Positions 17,434-26,159 of a stretch of DNA of 64,000 nt are shown here, piece by piece. The notes under the pieces are model-generated. The model was not told the origin of the DNA and made no database searches. It saw only the letters and a list, made by a program, of their open reading frames with translations. A program made the translations under genes and the position numbers. Numbering within the stretch: the stretch's first letter is position 1; every line of letters starts with the position of its first letter. The DNA comes from an uncultured Thermococci archaeon (GTDB lineage: Archaea; Methanobacteriota_B; Thermococci; Methanofastidiosales; B48-G16): the NCBI GenBank assembly GCA_964595645.1, contig CAZQQT010000003.1:32001-96000 (forward strand). Reading direction: 5' to 3'.

Positions 17434-18795
17434 ATGCTTAAAAAGAGTCTCATGCTGTTCGGTACCAACATCGTCAACAGAGGTGTTAACTTCCTCTTCA
17501 AGGTGTTACTCAAAAATATTCTCAGTGCAACACAATTTGGCATTTTCTCCGTGATCCTCCCTGTCCAGAGCCTGATACTGATGCTCACGTCCTATGGGGT
17601 GACACCATCCATATCAAAGTTTGTGTCAACATATAAGGCGAAACAGCGGGACTATACAAAGTCTTCATTTGGATTTGTCTTTATGGGGATAGGGCTGTTT
17701 GTGATTTTGTTTTTTCTCGCTCCTTTTTTCTCGAATTTTTTTGGCGAAGAGTTTCTCAACTCAGCGTACTACTTCAGAATCGCCGTACTCATTATTCCAT
17801 TTGGAATTATCCTCTCGATATTCACGGGTATTTTTATGGGGACAGGGCGAGTGAAAATTGTCTCGACGCTCCTGATTATCGTGCAGATGTGCAGTTTGAT
17901 ATTTGGGATTGTCATGGCGTTTTATAATTTTTCGTTGGTGTTCCTTTCCTTCGGCGTTGGATACGCTGTGAGTACTGCTGTTGGTGTATATTTCTATAAA
18001 AAATACAACATCAACGGAAAATTTGCTGTATTGGAGTTCAAGAGAATCTTCGTGTTCTCTCTTCCGATTTCTACCACGGCCATCGGGCTCGTGTTCCTTT
18101 TTAACACAGATATCGTCGTGTTAGGTCATTATTTTACCCCGATCGAGACGAGTGTCTACGGTATTGTCATGCCCACAGCACGGTTAGTACCTGCTTTCAG
18201 CATTGCTCTAGCAACCATTGTGCTTCCGGAAGTTGCCGAGAAAGTGGCACTGAAGGAGACAATTGATGAAAAGGTGACAGGGAGTTTTTCACTGGCGCTC
18301 TACATGGGTGTGCCGATGGCGGTCTCCATTTTCGCATTTTCGGAGGAAATTCTCTACGTCCTCGCAGGCGATCCCTCTGGATCCACTGCCCTCAAGGTGC
18401 TCTCTCTTGGCATGTTCGCGTACTCGTTGTACTACACATCGAACTCAATCTTTCAGGGGACGAACAGACCGTGGACACCAGCAAAGATCATCGTGATCAC
18501 GGTGATCCTCAATGTTCTCCTCAATGTCCTCTTAATCCCAGAATACTCACTACTCGGTGCAGGAATCGCCACGAGTCTCTCCTGCATTTTTGCGGCAGTA
18601 GCATCACTGATAGTGTTGAAACCCGATCTGAAATTTAACCCTCTTTATCTGAGTACACTGCTCCCATTGTTCATTTTCGAGTATGTTGTGGGATTACAGG
18701 GACGATTTTCTACATTGATACTCTACGGTCTTTTTGGCGGTGGTATTCTTCTCCTATACTTTTATTTAGTGAGGGTAGAGATACTGAAGAAATGA
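17434..18795 (+). CDS. Wzx/MATE-like oligosaccharide flippase
   Basis: About 14 TM helices; NTDIVVLG, LNVLLIPEYSLLGAGIAT. Confidence 0.85.
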   Translation: MLKKSLMLFGTNIVNRGVNFLFKVLLKNILSATQFGIFSVILPVQSLILMLTSYGVTPSISKFVSTYKAKQRDYTKSSFGFVFMGIGLFVILFFLAPFFSNFFGEEFLNSAYYFRIAVLIIPFGIILSIFTGIFMGTGRVKIVSTLLIIVQMCSLIFGIVMAFYNFSLVFLSFGVGYAVSTAVGVYFYKKYNINGKFAVLEFKRIFVFSLPISTTAIGLVFLFNTDIVVLGHYFTPIETSVYGIVMPTARLVPAFSIALATIVLPEVAEKVALKETIDEKVTGSFSLALYMGVPMAVSIFAFSEEILYVLAGDPSGSTALKVLSLGMFAYSLYYTSNSIFQGTNRPWTPAKIIVITVILNVLLNVLLIPEYSLLGAGIATSLSCIFAAVASLIVLKPDLKFNPLYLSTLLPLFIFEYVVGLQGRFSTLILYGLFGGGILLLYFYLVRVEILKK

Positions 18796-18841
18796 AAAGA
18801 TTTTTTAACTCGTAATACAATATAGCACACGGTGATAAGAA

Positions 18842-19717
18842 ATGGATTTTAGAACAGGAACATTAATGATACTCCTCACACTCCTCCTTGTCATTGCGGG
18901 AGGTGTTGTTGGAGTCGTTGTTGGACTCCCACTTACCATGGTGAGCATTGCGTTCATCATGGCCATCGTTGTCAATTTTATCGCGTACTGGTACTCTGAT
19001 AGAATTGTACTTTCAATGTATGGCGCAAAAGAAACGAACGAGAGCGATTATCCGGACCTCCACGCGATGGTATCGCGGGTAGCAGAGACTGCGGGTATTC
19101 CAAAGCCAAAGGTTGCGTATATTCCCAAAGACACGCCTAATGCCTTCGCCACAGGACGAAACGAAGACCATGCAGTGGTAGCAGTGACTAAAGGAGCCAT
19201 AAATACGCTTAGTGAAGAAGAACTTGAGGCGGTCATTGCTCACGAGATAGGGCATATAAAAAACAATGATATGAAAATACAAACGATTGCAGCAGTTATC
19301 GCTGCCATCATTGGCTATCTTGGATTCATGGGTCGATTCATGATGTTCAGCAGCGGCAGAAGTAGAGGAAATGCCCAGTTGATTGGTATTATCCTCCTGG
19401 CAGTCTTTCTTCCAATTGCTGCACTGCTCATTCGAATGGCGATCTCCCGAAGGCGGGAGTACGGTGCCGATGAGCGAAGTGCTCAGTTCACAAGGAAACC
19501 GGACACGCTGGGGCGTGCGTTGTTGAAAATCGAGAATGCGGTAAAGAAAACCCCGATGAAAAAAGAGAATCCAGCCACCGCGCACATGTTCATTGTCAAC
19601 CCCTTCCGAGGAGAGAGTATTCTGCGGCTCTTTTCCACGCATCCGCCCACGCAGAAACGTGTTGCACGACTCAATAAGATGGCGGACGTTATGGGAAGAC
19701 CACAGGTGAACGTATGA
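18842..19717 (+). CDS. htpX: Zinc metalloprotease HtpX (M48)
   Basis: PNAFATGR, AHEIGH, SRRREY.AD, FSTHPP. Confidence 0.95.
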   Translation: MDFRTGTLMILLTLLLVIAGGVVGVVVGLPLTMVSIAFIMAIVVNFIAYWYSDRIVLSMYGAKETNESDYPDLHAMVSRVAETAGIPKPKVAYIPKDTPNAFATGRNEDHAVVAVTKGAINTLSEEELEAVIAHEIGHIKNNDMKIQTIAAVIAAIIGYLGFMGRFMMFSSGRSRGNAQLIGIILLAVFLPIAALLIRMAISRRREYGADERSAQFTRKPDTLGRALLKIENAVKKTPMKKENPATAHMFIVNPFRGESILRLFSTHPPTQKRVARLNKMADVMGRPQVNV

Positions 19718-20010
19718 TACTGGAGGTGACGATCTACCCCCTCGGCGAGATCAGTCTCTCAACGTATGTGGCTGAAGTGATCGATATTTTTGAGGATGCA
19801 GGACTTACCTATGAGCTCCATCCGATGGGTACGGTCATTGAAGGTGACTGGGACGAGGTGATGCCCGTGATCAAACAAGCCCATGAGCACGTCTTCGAAA
19901 TGGGCGCAGTACGGGTGAGCACTACTATTAAGATAGATGATAGGCGTGATAAAAAGGTCAAGAAAGAGGATAAAATCGAGAGCGTGCGACATAAGCTGAC
20001 GAGACGATAA
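19714..20010 (+). CDS. MTH1187/YkoF-like thiamine-binding protein
   Basis: SLSTYVA, PMGTVIEG, RV.TTIKIDDRRDK. Confidence 0.9.
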   Translation: MILEVTIYPLGEISLSTYVAEVIDIFEDAGLTYELHPMGTVIEGDWDEVMPVIKQAHEHVFEMGAVRVSTTIKIDDRRDKKVKKEDKIESVRHKLTRR

Positions 20011-20076
20011 GTCCTCGACGATGGAGCCACACCCCTACGAAAGCTTTTTAAATTGATTTCTGTTAGAGGATACCAT

Positions 20077-20151
20077 GCTCCGGTAGTGTAGACCGGTCAA
20101 TCATTCCGGCCTTTCGAGCCGGTGACTCGGGTTCAAATCCCGGCCGGAGCA
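20077..20151 (+). tRNA. tRNA-Glu (anticodon TTC), CCA not encoded
   Basis: GCTCCGG/CCGGAGC acceptor stem; CCGGC-CTTTCGA-GCCGG anticodon arm; GGTTCAAATCC T arm; TATA-like TTTTAAA upstream. Confidence 0.97.
20139..20151 (+). repeat. att core (tRNA 3' end) CCCGGCCGGAGCA
   Basis: Identical 13-mer at 34107-34119. Confidence 0.9.
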
Positions 20152-20470
20152 TATTTACCCTGCATTTAATGCTCTCTGCTCTTTTTTTCCTTTTTTCCAG
20201 AAAGTATTTCCTATCTGTATGTTACTATGAACATAGTCCTTGATAAAGCTTTCGATCGTGGTCATTCTTGAGTTTCTATACTTCGTGATATGTATTATCT
20301 CACTCACAGAGATCGTGTCATATTCGGGCTCTCAGCGGTTCATATGCGACCTGTAGGATCCGAGAGAAGGGATTTATGACACTCTCCAACTGTAAGGTAC
20401 CAGAAGATCAATATCGCATTATCTTGTTTCGAAATACTTGGAGATCTGAAACTAATTTTAGATCGTATTT

Positions 20471-22408
20471 TTAAAGTTTCTCTAATCCACCTTCCTTTAT
20501 CTTTTTAGAATGTATCTTATCGGTGAAATATTCTTCTCCTTTCTCCCAAATTGTACTAATAGGCCCCATTAATCCGACAATCAAGGCAATGAGGAGAGGG
20601 AGAAACGTGGCTACATTCCGAAATAAATCCCATTCTTTATTGATTATACAATATACTAGTGGCAAGGAAAAAATTAGTATATAGCAACCTTTAAAAAACA
20701 GTATATATTTTTTAGCAGATTTTTTAGATGTTTTTCTTAATCTTTTTTTAATGCTTTCAATTTTTTCGAGCCACTCTTCATCTTTTTCTTTTTCTTTTTT
20801 AGAGATCTCTTTATCCAATTGTTCCGTGAATTCTTTTTCTTTTTCTTTAACTTTGCTTTTAACCCTCTTCTCTGGTAGTTTAGAAGCTTTTTCAATTTCT
20901 TCTAAGGCAAAATCTGGAGTAATCTCATCTAAATCACTCTCATCCATACCACTTAATGCATCTTCTATATAATTTTGGTAAAATAGCATTGAAAGCTTCT
21001 TGTCGTCCACTTTTTCTTCTTTTTTTAAAGTTTGAAGAGCATTATAAAATTTATCCCAAACTCGCCTGTTGACAAAGAGATCACGAGAATAAGTTCCAAT
21101 TATTGATTTGAGAGGAGGGTTAACATTCGGATCTTTTAACCATAAAACATTTGCTAGCAACCTGTCCAGAATGATTTCACATACAGTTCCCCTTTCTTTA
21201 TGTCCCATCCCTATAAAGTTAAATCTACTAAGTTTATGATCCGAAGTCAAAAAGAATACTTTCGCATTCTCTAATTTTCTAACTGGTTCCTTTCTAAATT
21301 CTTTAATCTTTTCAATGATAGCAATATCATGATTCTGATGAAAGGTGTTTTGGGAACCCTTCCACATACTCATCCGATCTCTGAGCCCATCATTGCACGG
21401 TCTGTACGCCTTTAGGTCTACATCAGTCCGTTCTATAGCTATTTCAAGTCTACGTAAGGTATTTCCGATCTCCATTACAAATTCTCTGGCGTCTGTTTTT
21501 CTCCAGCCTTTTCTCTTTAGACTACTATAAAGCGAATTAACTTTAATACTAGCAGGATAACGGTGAGCTTTTGTAATATAACCACTGATAACTTTACAAA
21601 TTTCGTTTATAGTAAAGTCAAATATTTTAAGGCTAAATCCAAATTCCTTAAGTAAGTTAAAAAGCTCTTTTGCAGGGTCATTGAACTCTGGACTGTGAAG
21701 ACCCAATACAAAAAAGGCAAAATTAGTATCTAAGAAAACTTGGCAATGTTCAAATTTTTTGGTTCTCATTTCAGTAATATCGGAAGTGTTTTCAACATGC
21801 AAAACCACTGAGATAACTGATCCTAGAACCATATCTTGTAGGATTTTATATTTTTCAGGTTTTTGTCTCTCCGCGAGTTTGATGTATTGTATTAAGAGAC
21901 GTTCCCGATCTTTTACTTCTTTTGAGATGGACAGTTCACTTATATTGGCAGAGGGGTTCATAAATTCTATGAGAGGATCAATATTTCCACAAAGAAAGGA
22001 AAGAAGTAGATCATAGATCTGTTCTTGAGTTAAAGAAACATTTTTCTTTCTAAAAAATTTTTCTAAATCTCCAATCAACGAATTAATCCTTCTATTAACT
22101 TCCTTATCAGTTTCAAGTCTAGATAAATACTCAAATCCATTCTCAGTGGGTTTATATTTTTTTTCAGTTTCTTTTTGTGTTATAAAATCTTTTTCTATAG
22201 CCCTATCCAAAATACTCCTGAGAACATGAAGTGGTATTTTTAAATCAAACTGTTTCTTTAATTGCCTTTGAATAGTTTTTAGACCTGAAAACTTATCTTC
22301 TGAGAATGTTTTTATAGCGAATGGCCAAAAACAATCAATATAGTCTCCCCCCTGATCATAAAGAGATTTTATAAGGGCATACGTGTAAATCAACCTTGTC
22401 ATTCTCAC
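20471..22408 (-). CDS. PIN-like nuclease domain protein with N-terminal winged helix, coiled coil and two C-terminal TM helices
   Basis: VFLDTN, FTINE, HDIAII, FLTSD acidic motifs; K/E-rich coil; two hydrophobic segments near the C-terminus. Confidence 0.65.
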   Translation of the reverse strand: MRMTRLIYTYALIKSLYDQGGDYIDCFWPFAIKTFSEDKFSGLKTIQRQLKKQFDLKIPLHVLRSILDRAIEKDFITQKETEKKYKPTENGFEYLSRLETDKEVNRRINSLIGDLEKFFRKKNVSLTQEQIYDLLLSFLCGNIDPLIEFMNPSANISELSISKEVKDRERLLIQYIKLAERQKPEKYKILQDMVLGSVISVVLHVENTSDITEMRTKKFEHCQVFLDTNFAFFVLGLHSPEFNDPAKELFNLLKEFGFSLKIFDFTINEICKVISGYITKAHRYPASIKVNSLYSSLKRKGWRKTDAREFVMEIGNTLRRLEIAIERTDVDLKAYRPCNDGLRDRMSMWKGSQNTFHQNHDIAIIEKIKEFRKEPVRKLENAKVFFLTSDHKLSRFNFIGMGHKERGTVCEIILDRLLANVLWLKDPNVNPPLKSIIGTYSRDLFVNRRVWDKFYNALQTLKKEEKVDDKKLSMLFYQNYIEDALSGMDESDLDEITPDFALEEIEKASKLPEKRVKSKVKEKEKEFTEQLDKEISKKEKEKDEEWLEKIESIKKRLRKTSKKSAKKYILFFKGCYILIFSLPLVYCIINKEWDLFRNVATFLPLLIALIVGLMGPISTIWEKGEEYFTDKIHSKKIKEGGLEKL

Positions 22409-22610
22409 ACCTTGTCAACTAAATTTTCTATCATGTTCCTACTATAGAGATATAGTACTTTTGGTTTTTTAATCTTTTGGTCTTGCAAATTCAGTCGTTT
22501 ATTTTTTTATTTGACCTGCCTAATTTTCCTAAGCCCAATTGAGGGAGCTTTTTCAGTTCCTCTCACTCTTCTGACTCTCATCTCCAGATCCTTTATCTAA
22601 GAAAGAGACT

Positions 22611-24044
22611 TCAATCCCCAGCGCTTCCGCTTGCTGTCGCTATCACATAGGCTCCAGAGCTTGTAGTTTCTTTGTAGAGATGCTCATCCACATATATTTT
22701 AACTGTTACTGTTCCAGATTTTCCACAGTTCTGAGCAGAGATATACAAGAACTCTCCTCGTTCTGTTTTAAATGTATACTCCCATGGGACACTCACATTG
22801 CTTTCTTGAGCTGTTCCTCCCCCTACAGATGCGTAGGTAACATCCACTTCATCAGCTGTTCCTTCCACAACATACTTTACCCTGTATTCTCCATGCCCTG
22901 GAACTTCTGGTTTCGGTTCAGGCGTTTCTCTGGTAGTGGGCGTTGCAGAAAATTCCCATGAGGCTATGGGGTTGTCTTCTAACTCTTCAATTGTATTCCA
23001 CTCCATTGCCGACGTATAAATATTGACTTTAGCATCTCTGAAATCAATATTGACAGGTACTTCTATTGGTACCCATCCCTCATTTGTTTCATTAGGTTTT
23101 ACATCCCCACCGTAGTAAATGAAATCATCGGAGGCCTGATCCTTTGCTCCATACTTTTCCTCGTAGAAAAAGAATCTATGATAAATTTTACCATCATATT
23201 CTACGGTTACATCCCAAGAGGGAGCCCTTTGTATAGTTTCGTTCTTGTTTCTTTGTTTCACATAGATAAAAAGATACTTCATCCCCTGCGTTGGCTCGAA
23301 ATCAGTACCATAATCTGATCTATACATTGTAAGCTGATCGCACTTTGTTACAGAAATTTCCCATCTTTCTGTTTGTCCTCCGTAGTTTTTCATCTCGTAT
23401 ATTGTACTCTCGCCCAGTTTTAACGTAGGGCCTTTGTTTGGCGAGGGGGTGGTGGTAGGAGCTACAGTGGTGGGGCTTTCAGGCTCTACTCTAAAAACTA
23501 CCATGTGTTCTCCTATTTCAAAATCGTGCTCACCTATCCCTTGAGCCTCAAAATGAACATAATGGTCATTATTATACCCATGAGGCACATCGCTCACATT
23601 TATTTCATCAGTGTATGTAGTACGAGAGCTCATATCTATAATTGGTTTTGTGTACGAGTATGTTAGGGTAGTATCTCCCCTTCCACCGCTATTGTACAGT
23701 TTCAAATAGATCCTAACATTTTCTCCGGGTCTAAACACTTCTTTTTTCAGATACAATCCCCTTAATTCTATATCTGGGGGAGCTGTCGTAGAAGGAGCTA
23801 CTGTGGTAGTGGGTGTGGAGGTAGTCGAGATTGATGTTGTAGGGGCTGGCGTTGTGGTAGAAAGAGTTTCTGGTGTTTCTGCTTCTTCTCCCAAAGGAAA
23901 TACAAGATACACCACTGCAACAAGCACACCGATGGCGATAATTCCCGGTACTATCTTTTTCAACGGGATTCCTTTTTTCTCTTTTACTCCTTCCTCTTTG
24001 TTTCTCTTTATTTCTTCTTTAGTCCTTTCTGTCTTTTTTCCCAT
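22611..24044 (-). CDS. Membrane-anchored surface protein: Thr/Pro linkers, Ig-like, DUF4352-like and MmpS-like domains
   Basis: TM IVPGIIAIGVLVAVVYLVF; PTTT repeats; VKPNETNEGWVPIEVP; YVVEGT..VTY...PWEYTF. Confidence 0.65.
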   Translation of the reverse strand: MGKKTERTKEEIKRNKEEGVKEKKGIPLKKIVPGIIAIGVLVAVVYLVFPLGEEAETPETLSTTTPAPTTSISTTSTPTTTVAPSTTAPPDIELRGLYLKKEVFRPGENVRIYLKLYNSGGRGDTTLTYSYTKPIIDMSSRTTYTDEINVSDVPHGYNNDHYVHFEAQGIGEHDFEIGEHMVVFRVEPESPTTVAPTTTPSPNKGPTLKLGESTIYEMKNYGGQTERWEISVTKCDQLTMYRSDYGTDFEPTQGMKYLFIYVKQRNKNETIQRAPSWDVTVEYDGKIYHRFFFYEEKYGAKDQASDDFIYYGGDVKPNETNEGWVPIEVPVNIDFRDAKVNIYTSAMEWNTIEELEDNPIASWEFSATPTTRETPEPKPEVPGHGEYRVKYVVEGTADEVDVTYASVGGGTAQESNVSVPWEYTFKTERGEFLYISAQNCGKSGTVTVKIYVDEHLYKETTSSGAYVIATASGSAGD

Positions 24045-24241
24045 CTCTCCCTCCAAGGATTTACTTTCTCATAGTACTCTTCAAAAAACTCGTCTGAGAT
24101 GTTATCCTCTTTATGGGTATTGAGTAATGTTTTTTTTAGATCCGCCTGTAACTCCCTGTACTCTTCCTCACTCATCTTATCTTTGTTGTCAGTAAGATAT
24201 GTGTATAACTCTCGTATGCCTTCTTCCTCTTTTTTACTCAT
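24008..24241 (-). CDS. Small acidic helical hypothetical protein
   Basis: 77-aa ORF with TATA-like TTTATA upstream; overlaps the next gene's start. Confidence 0.5.
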   Translation of the reverse strand: MSKKEEEGIRELYTYLTDNKDKMSEEEYRELQADLKKTLLNTHKEDNISDEFFEEYYEKVNPWRERWEKRQKGLKKK

Positions 24242-24412
24242 CCTGATCGTTATACTATTCTTTTCATTCTATAAATAGTTTTTTATATTTTCGAAAAAAG
24301 TTTATAATCTCGGGAGAGATATGGGCGATATGCATCGAGGTTTTAAAGAGACACAAAAAATCTAAAAAAAAAGAAAATATTTATATTTTTTATTTATTTT
24401 ATTCAGGGAAAA

Positions 24413-25489
24413 TCACCATTGTATCTCAAATTCAAAGTCATTTATCTCTACATCCCAACTTTCAGTACTCCCTTCGAATATAAACTTTGCATGTCCCTTT
24501 TCCATATCCAATGCACTAAAAATAACTACACCAGAAGCCTCAGTTCCAGATTTTATTTTTAAAGGGATTGTAGGATAATCTATATAAAGACTCCAATCGC
24601 TAAATTTTGTCTCAAATTGTCTATTTCCCTGTATAGCTACAGCATAAATATCGTAGAATGTTATTTCTTCGTTTCTCTCATTTTTTATTGTGAGATAAAC
24701 TCTTGTCTCGTCTTCTGCCAGTTCAACATAGTCTAAAGTCATTACGTATCCTTTATGATCCAGTGTTTCTCCTACGTTTACTCTCTCCATGGTTGGGGTC
24801 AGGAACTGTTTGGGATCGATTTTTGTAACGCTGTCTGCCGAAATGATCAAATCCCCCATTATATCCTTGCCTTCTATTGTACCTTCAACTCTCACAATTT
24901 CATCGTTTTTCGGTGTATATTCTCCCTCTGTATATACTGTAACACTTAGCCATGTATCATCTTTATCCGGATGGAAATAAAACCCGTACTTACCTTCTTC
25001 ACTCGTTTCTATACCTACTATGCCCATTAAATTGACTTTTGCCCCTTTATACTTTTCAGGGTTTTTAACTGCGGTGTTTCTTAAATTTTCATTTGTAATC
25101 AATTCGATAGGGGGAGATGGTGCAGCCGTTGTCGTTGGAGCAACTGTCGTTGTTGGTGCTGCTGTCGTTGTTGGTGCTGCTGTCGTTGTAGGTTCAGGTG
25201 TGGTGGTAGGAGCCTCTGTCTCTGCTGGTGTTGTCGTTGTTGTGGTACCATTTTCTTCGGTGGGAATACTCAAACACGTGCCAACAACAATTACAAGAGC
25301 AAACAATGTGATTAAAGCCCCTTTCTTCGTTTTGAAGAGGCTACTTAATATTTTTTTGATCGTGGATGTTTTTTGGTTACTTTCAGTCCTTTCTGTCTTC
25401 TCCTTAAAGTTGTATCCACAGTTTTCACAGTACAATGCATTCTCTTCATTTTCTGATCCGCATTGCGGACAAAACTTCTTCTCTCCCAT
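24413..25489 (-). CDS. Zn-ribbon / TM / Thr-rich / OB-like / DUF4352-like surface protein
   Basis: CPQCG..CENCG, TM helix, (PTTTAA)n, IKSGTEASGVVIF. Confidence 0.75.
   Translation of the reverse strand: MGEKKFCPQCGSENEENALYCENCGYNFKEKTERTESNQKTSTIKKILSSLFKTKKGALITLFALVIVVGTCLSIPTEENGTTTTTTPAETEAPTTTPEPTTTAAPTTTAAPTTTVAPTTTAAPSPPIELITNENLRNTAVKNPEKYKGAKVNLMGIVGIETSEEGKYGFYFHPDKDDTWLSVTVYTEGEYTPKNDEIVRVEGTIEGKDIMGDLIISADSVTKIDPKQFLTPTMERVNVGETLDHKGYVMTLDYVELAEDETRVYLTIKNERNEEITFYDIYAVAIQGNRQFETKFSDWSLYIDYPTIPLKIKSGTEASGVVIFSALDMEKGHAKFIFEGSTESWDVEINDFEFEIQW
25120..25215 (-). repeat. 18-bp coding tandem repeats (PTTTAA)
   Basis: Repeated tgtcgttgttggtgc-like units. Confidence 0.8.
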
Positions 25490-25676
25490 ACATCTTGAAT
25501 GTCTCTTTTTTTATAAATAACTTTTCCCTCTTTCTGAAAGAAACGTTTATAAACTTCAACATCTCTGGAATATTGGAGGGTCTGGAGTGGTACTGTTTTC
25601 AAAGACCTCCCACACCCCTCTCCAGATCCTCCATATCCTCTTTTCAGGGTCCTATTCACTTTTGTTTTTCAACTGA

Positions 25677-26132
25677 TCAAAAGACTAAAATAAGTATGTC
25701 GAAAACAATGAAGAGCAATATAAAAGGTAAAAAAATCAAAAATACGAAGGATGCGATTGAAGGTGAGAGCAATCGAAAAATGAAAAATAAAAAAGATGAA
25801 ATAGATAATCCTGCAAAAAACAAAGCGCATACAAAGAAGATTTTACCTGAAAAAGTTACAAAATATTTTGAGTTTTCTATTTTGTCTCGAAAGAGTTTTT
25901 CTGTTTTAGAGGACGTTATATTTCTGTAAACCTCGAATAAAAGTACAGATAAACCAAAGAAAGAGGCAAAAAGGGCTATTATTTTTTCATTACTGAGTTC
26001 AATACGGATCATATCAGTAAATGTAGTTATAAAAATCAGAGAAAGAAGGAAAGAATACATTACTATGGCCTTGGCAATATATTCTTTTAATCCTTTCCTT
26101 TTTTCATTGTCCCTTGACTTTTTTTCCTTCAT
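25677..26132 (-). CDS. Four-TM hypothetical membrane protein
   Basis: Four hydrophobic segments. Confidence 0.6.
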   Translation of the reverse strand: MKEKKSRDNEKRKGLKEYIAKAIVMYSFLLSLIFITTFTDMIRIELSNEKIIALFASFFGLSVLLFEVYRNITSSKTEKLFRDKIENSKYFVTFSGKIFFVCALFFAGLSISSFLFFIFRLLSPSIASFVFLIFLPFILLFIVFDILILVF

Positions 26133-26159
26133 CTAATCTTGGTACTCACTTAACAGCAT

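Noticed and set aside
20077-20151. tRNA intron or split tRNA
   Set aside because: Continuous 75-nt cloverleaf with a 7-nt anticodon loop
25120-25215. CRISPR-like periodic repeats (also 46050-46270, 47850-47910 and 119-156)
   Set aside because: In-frame coding repeats without unique spacers; no cas genes
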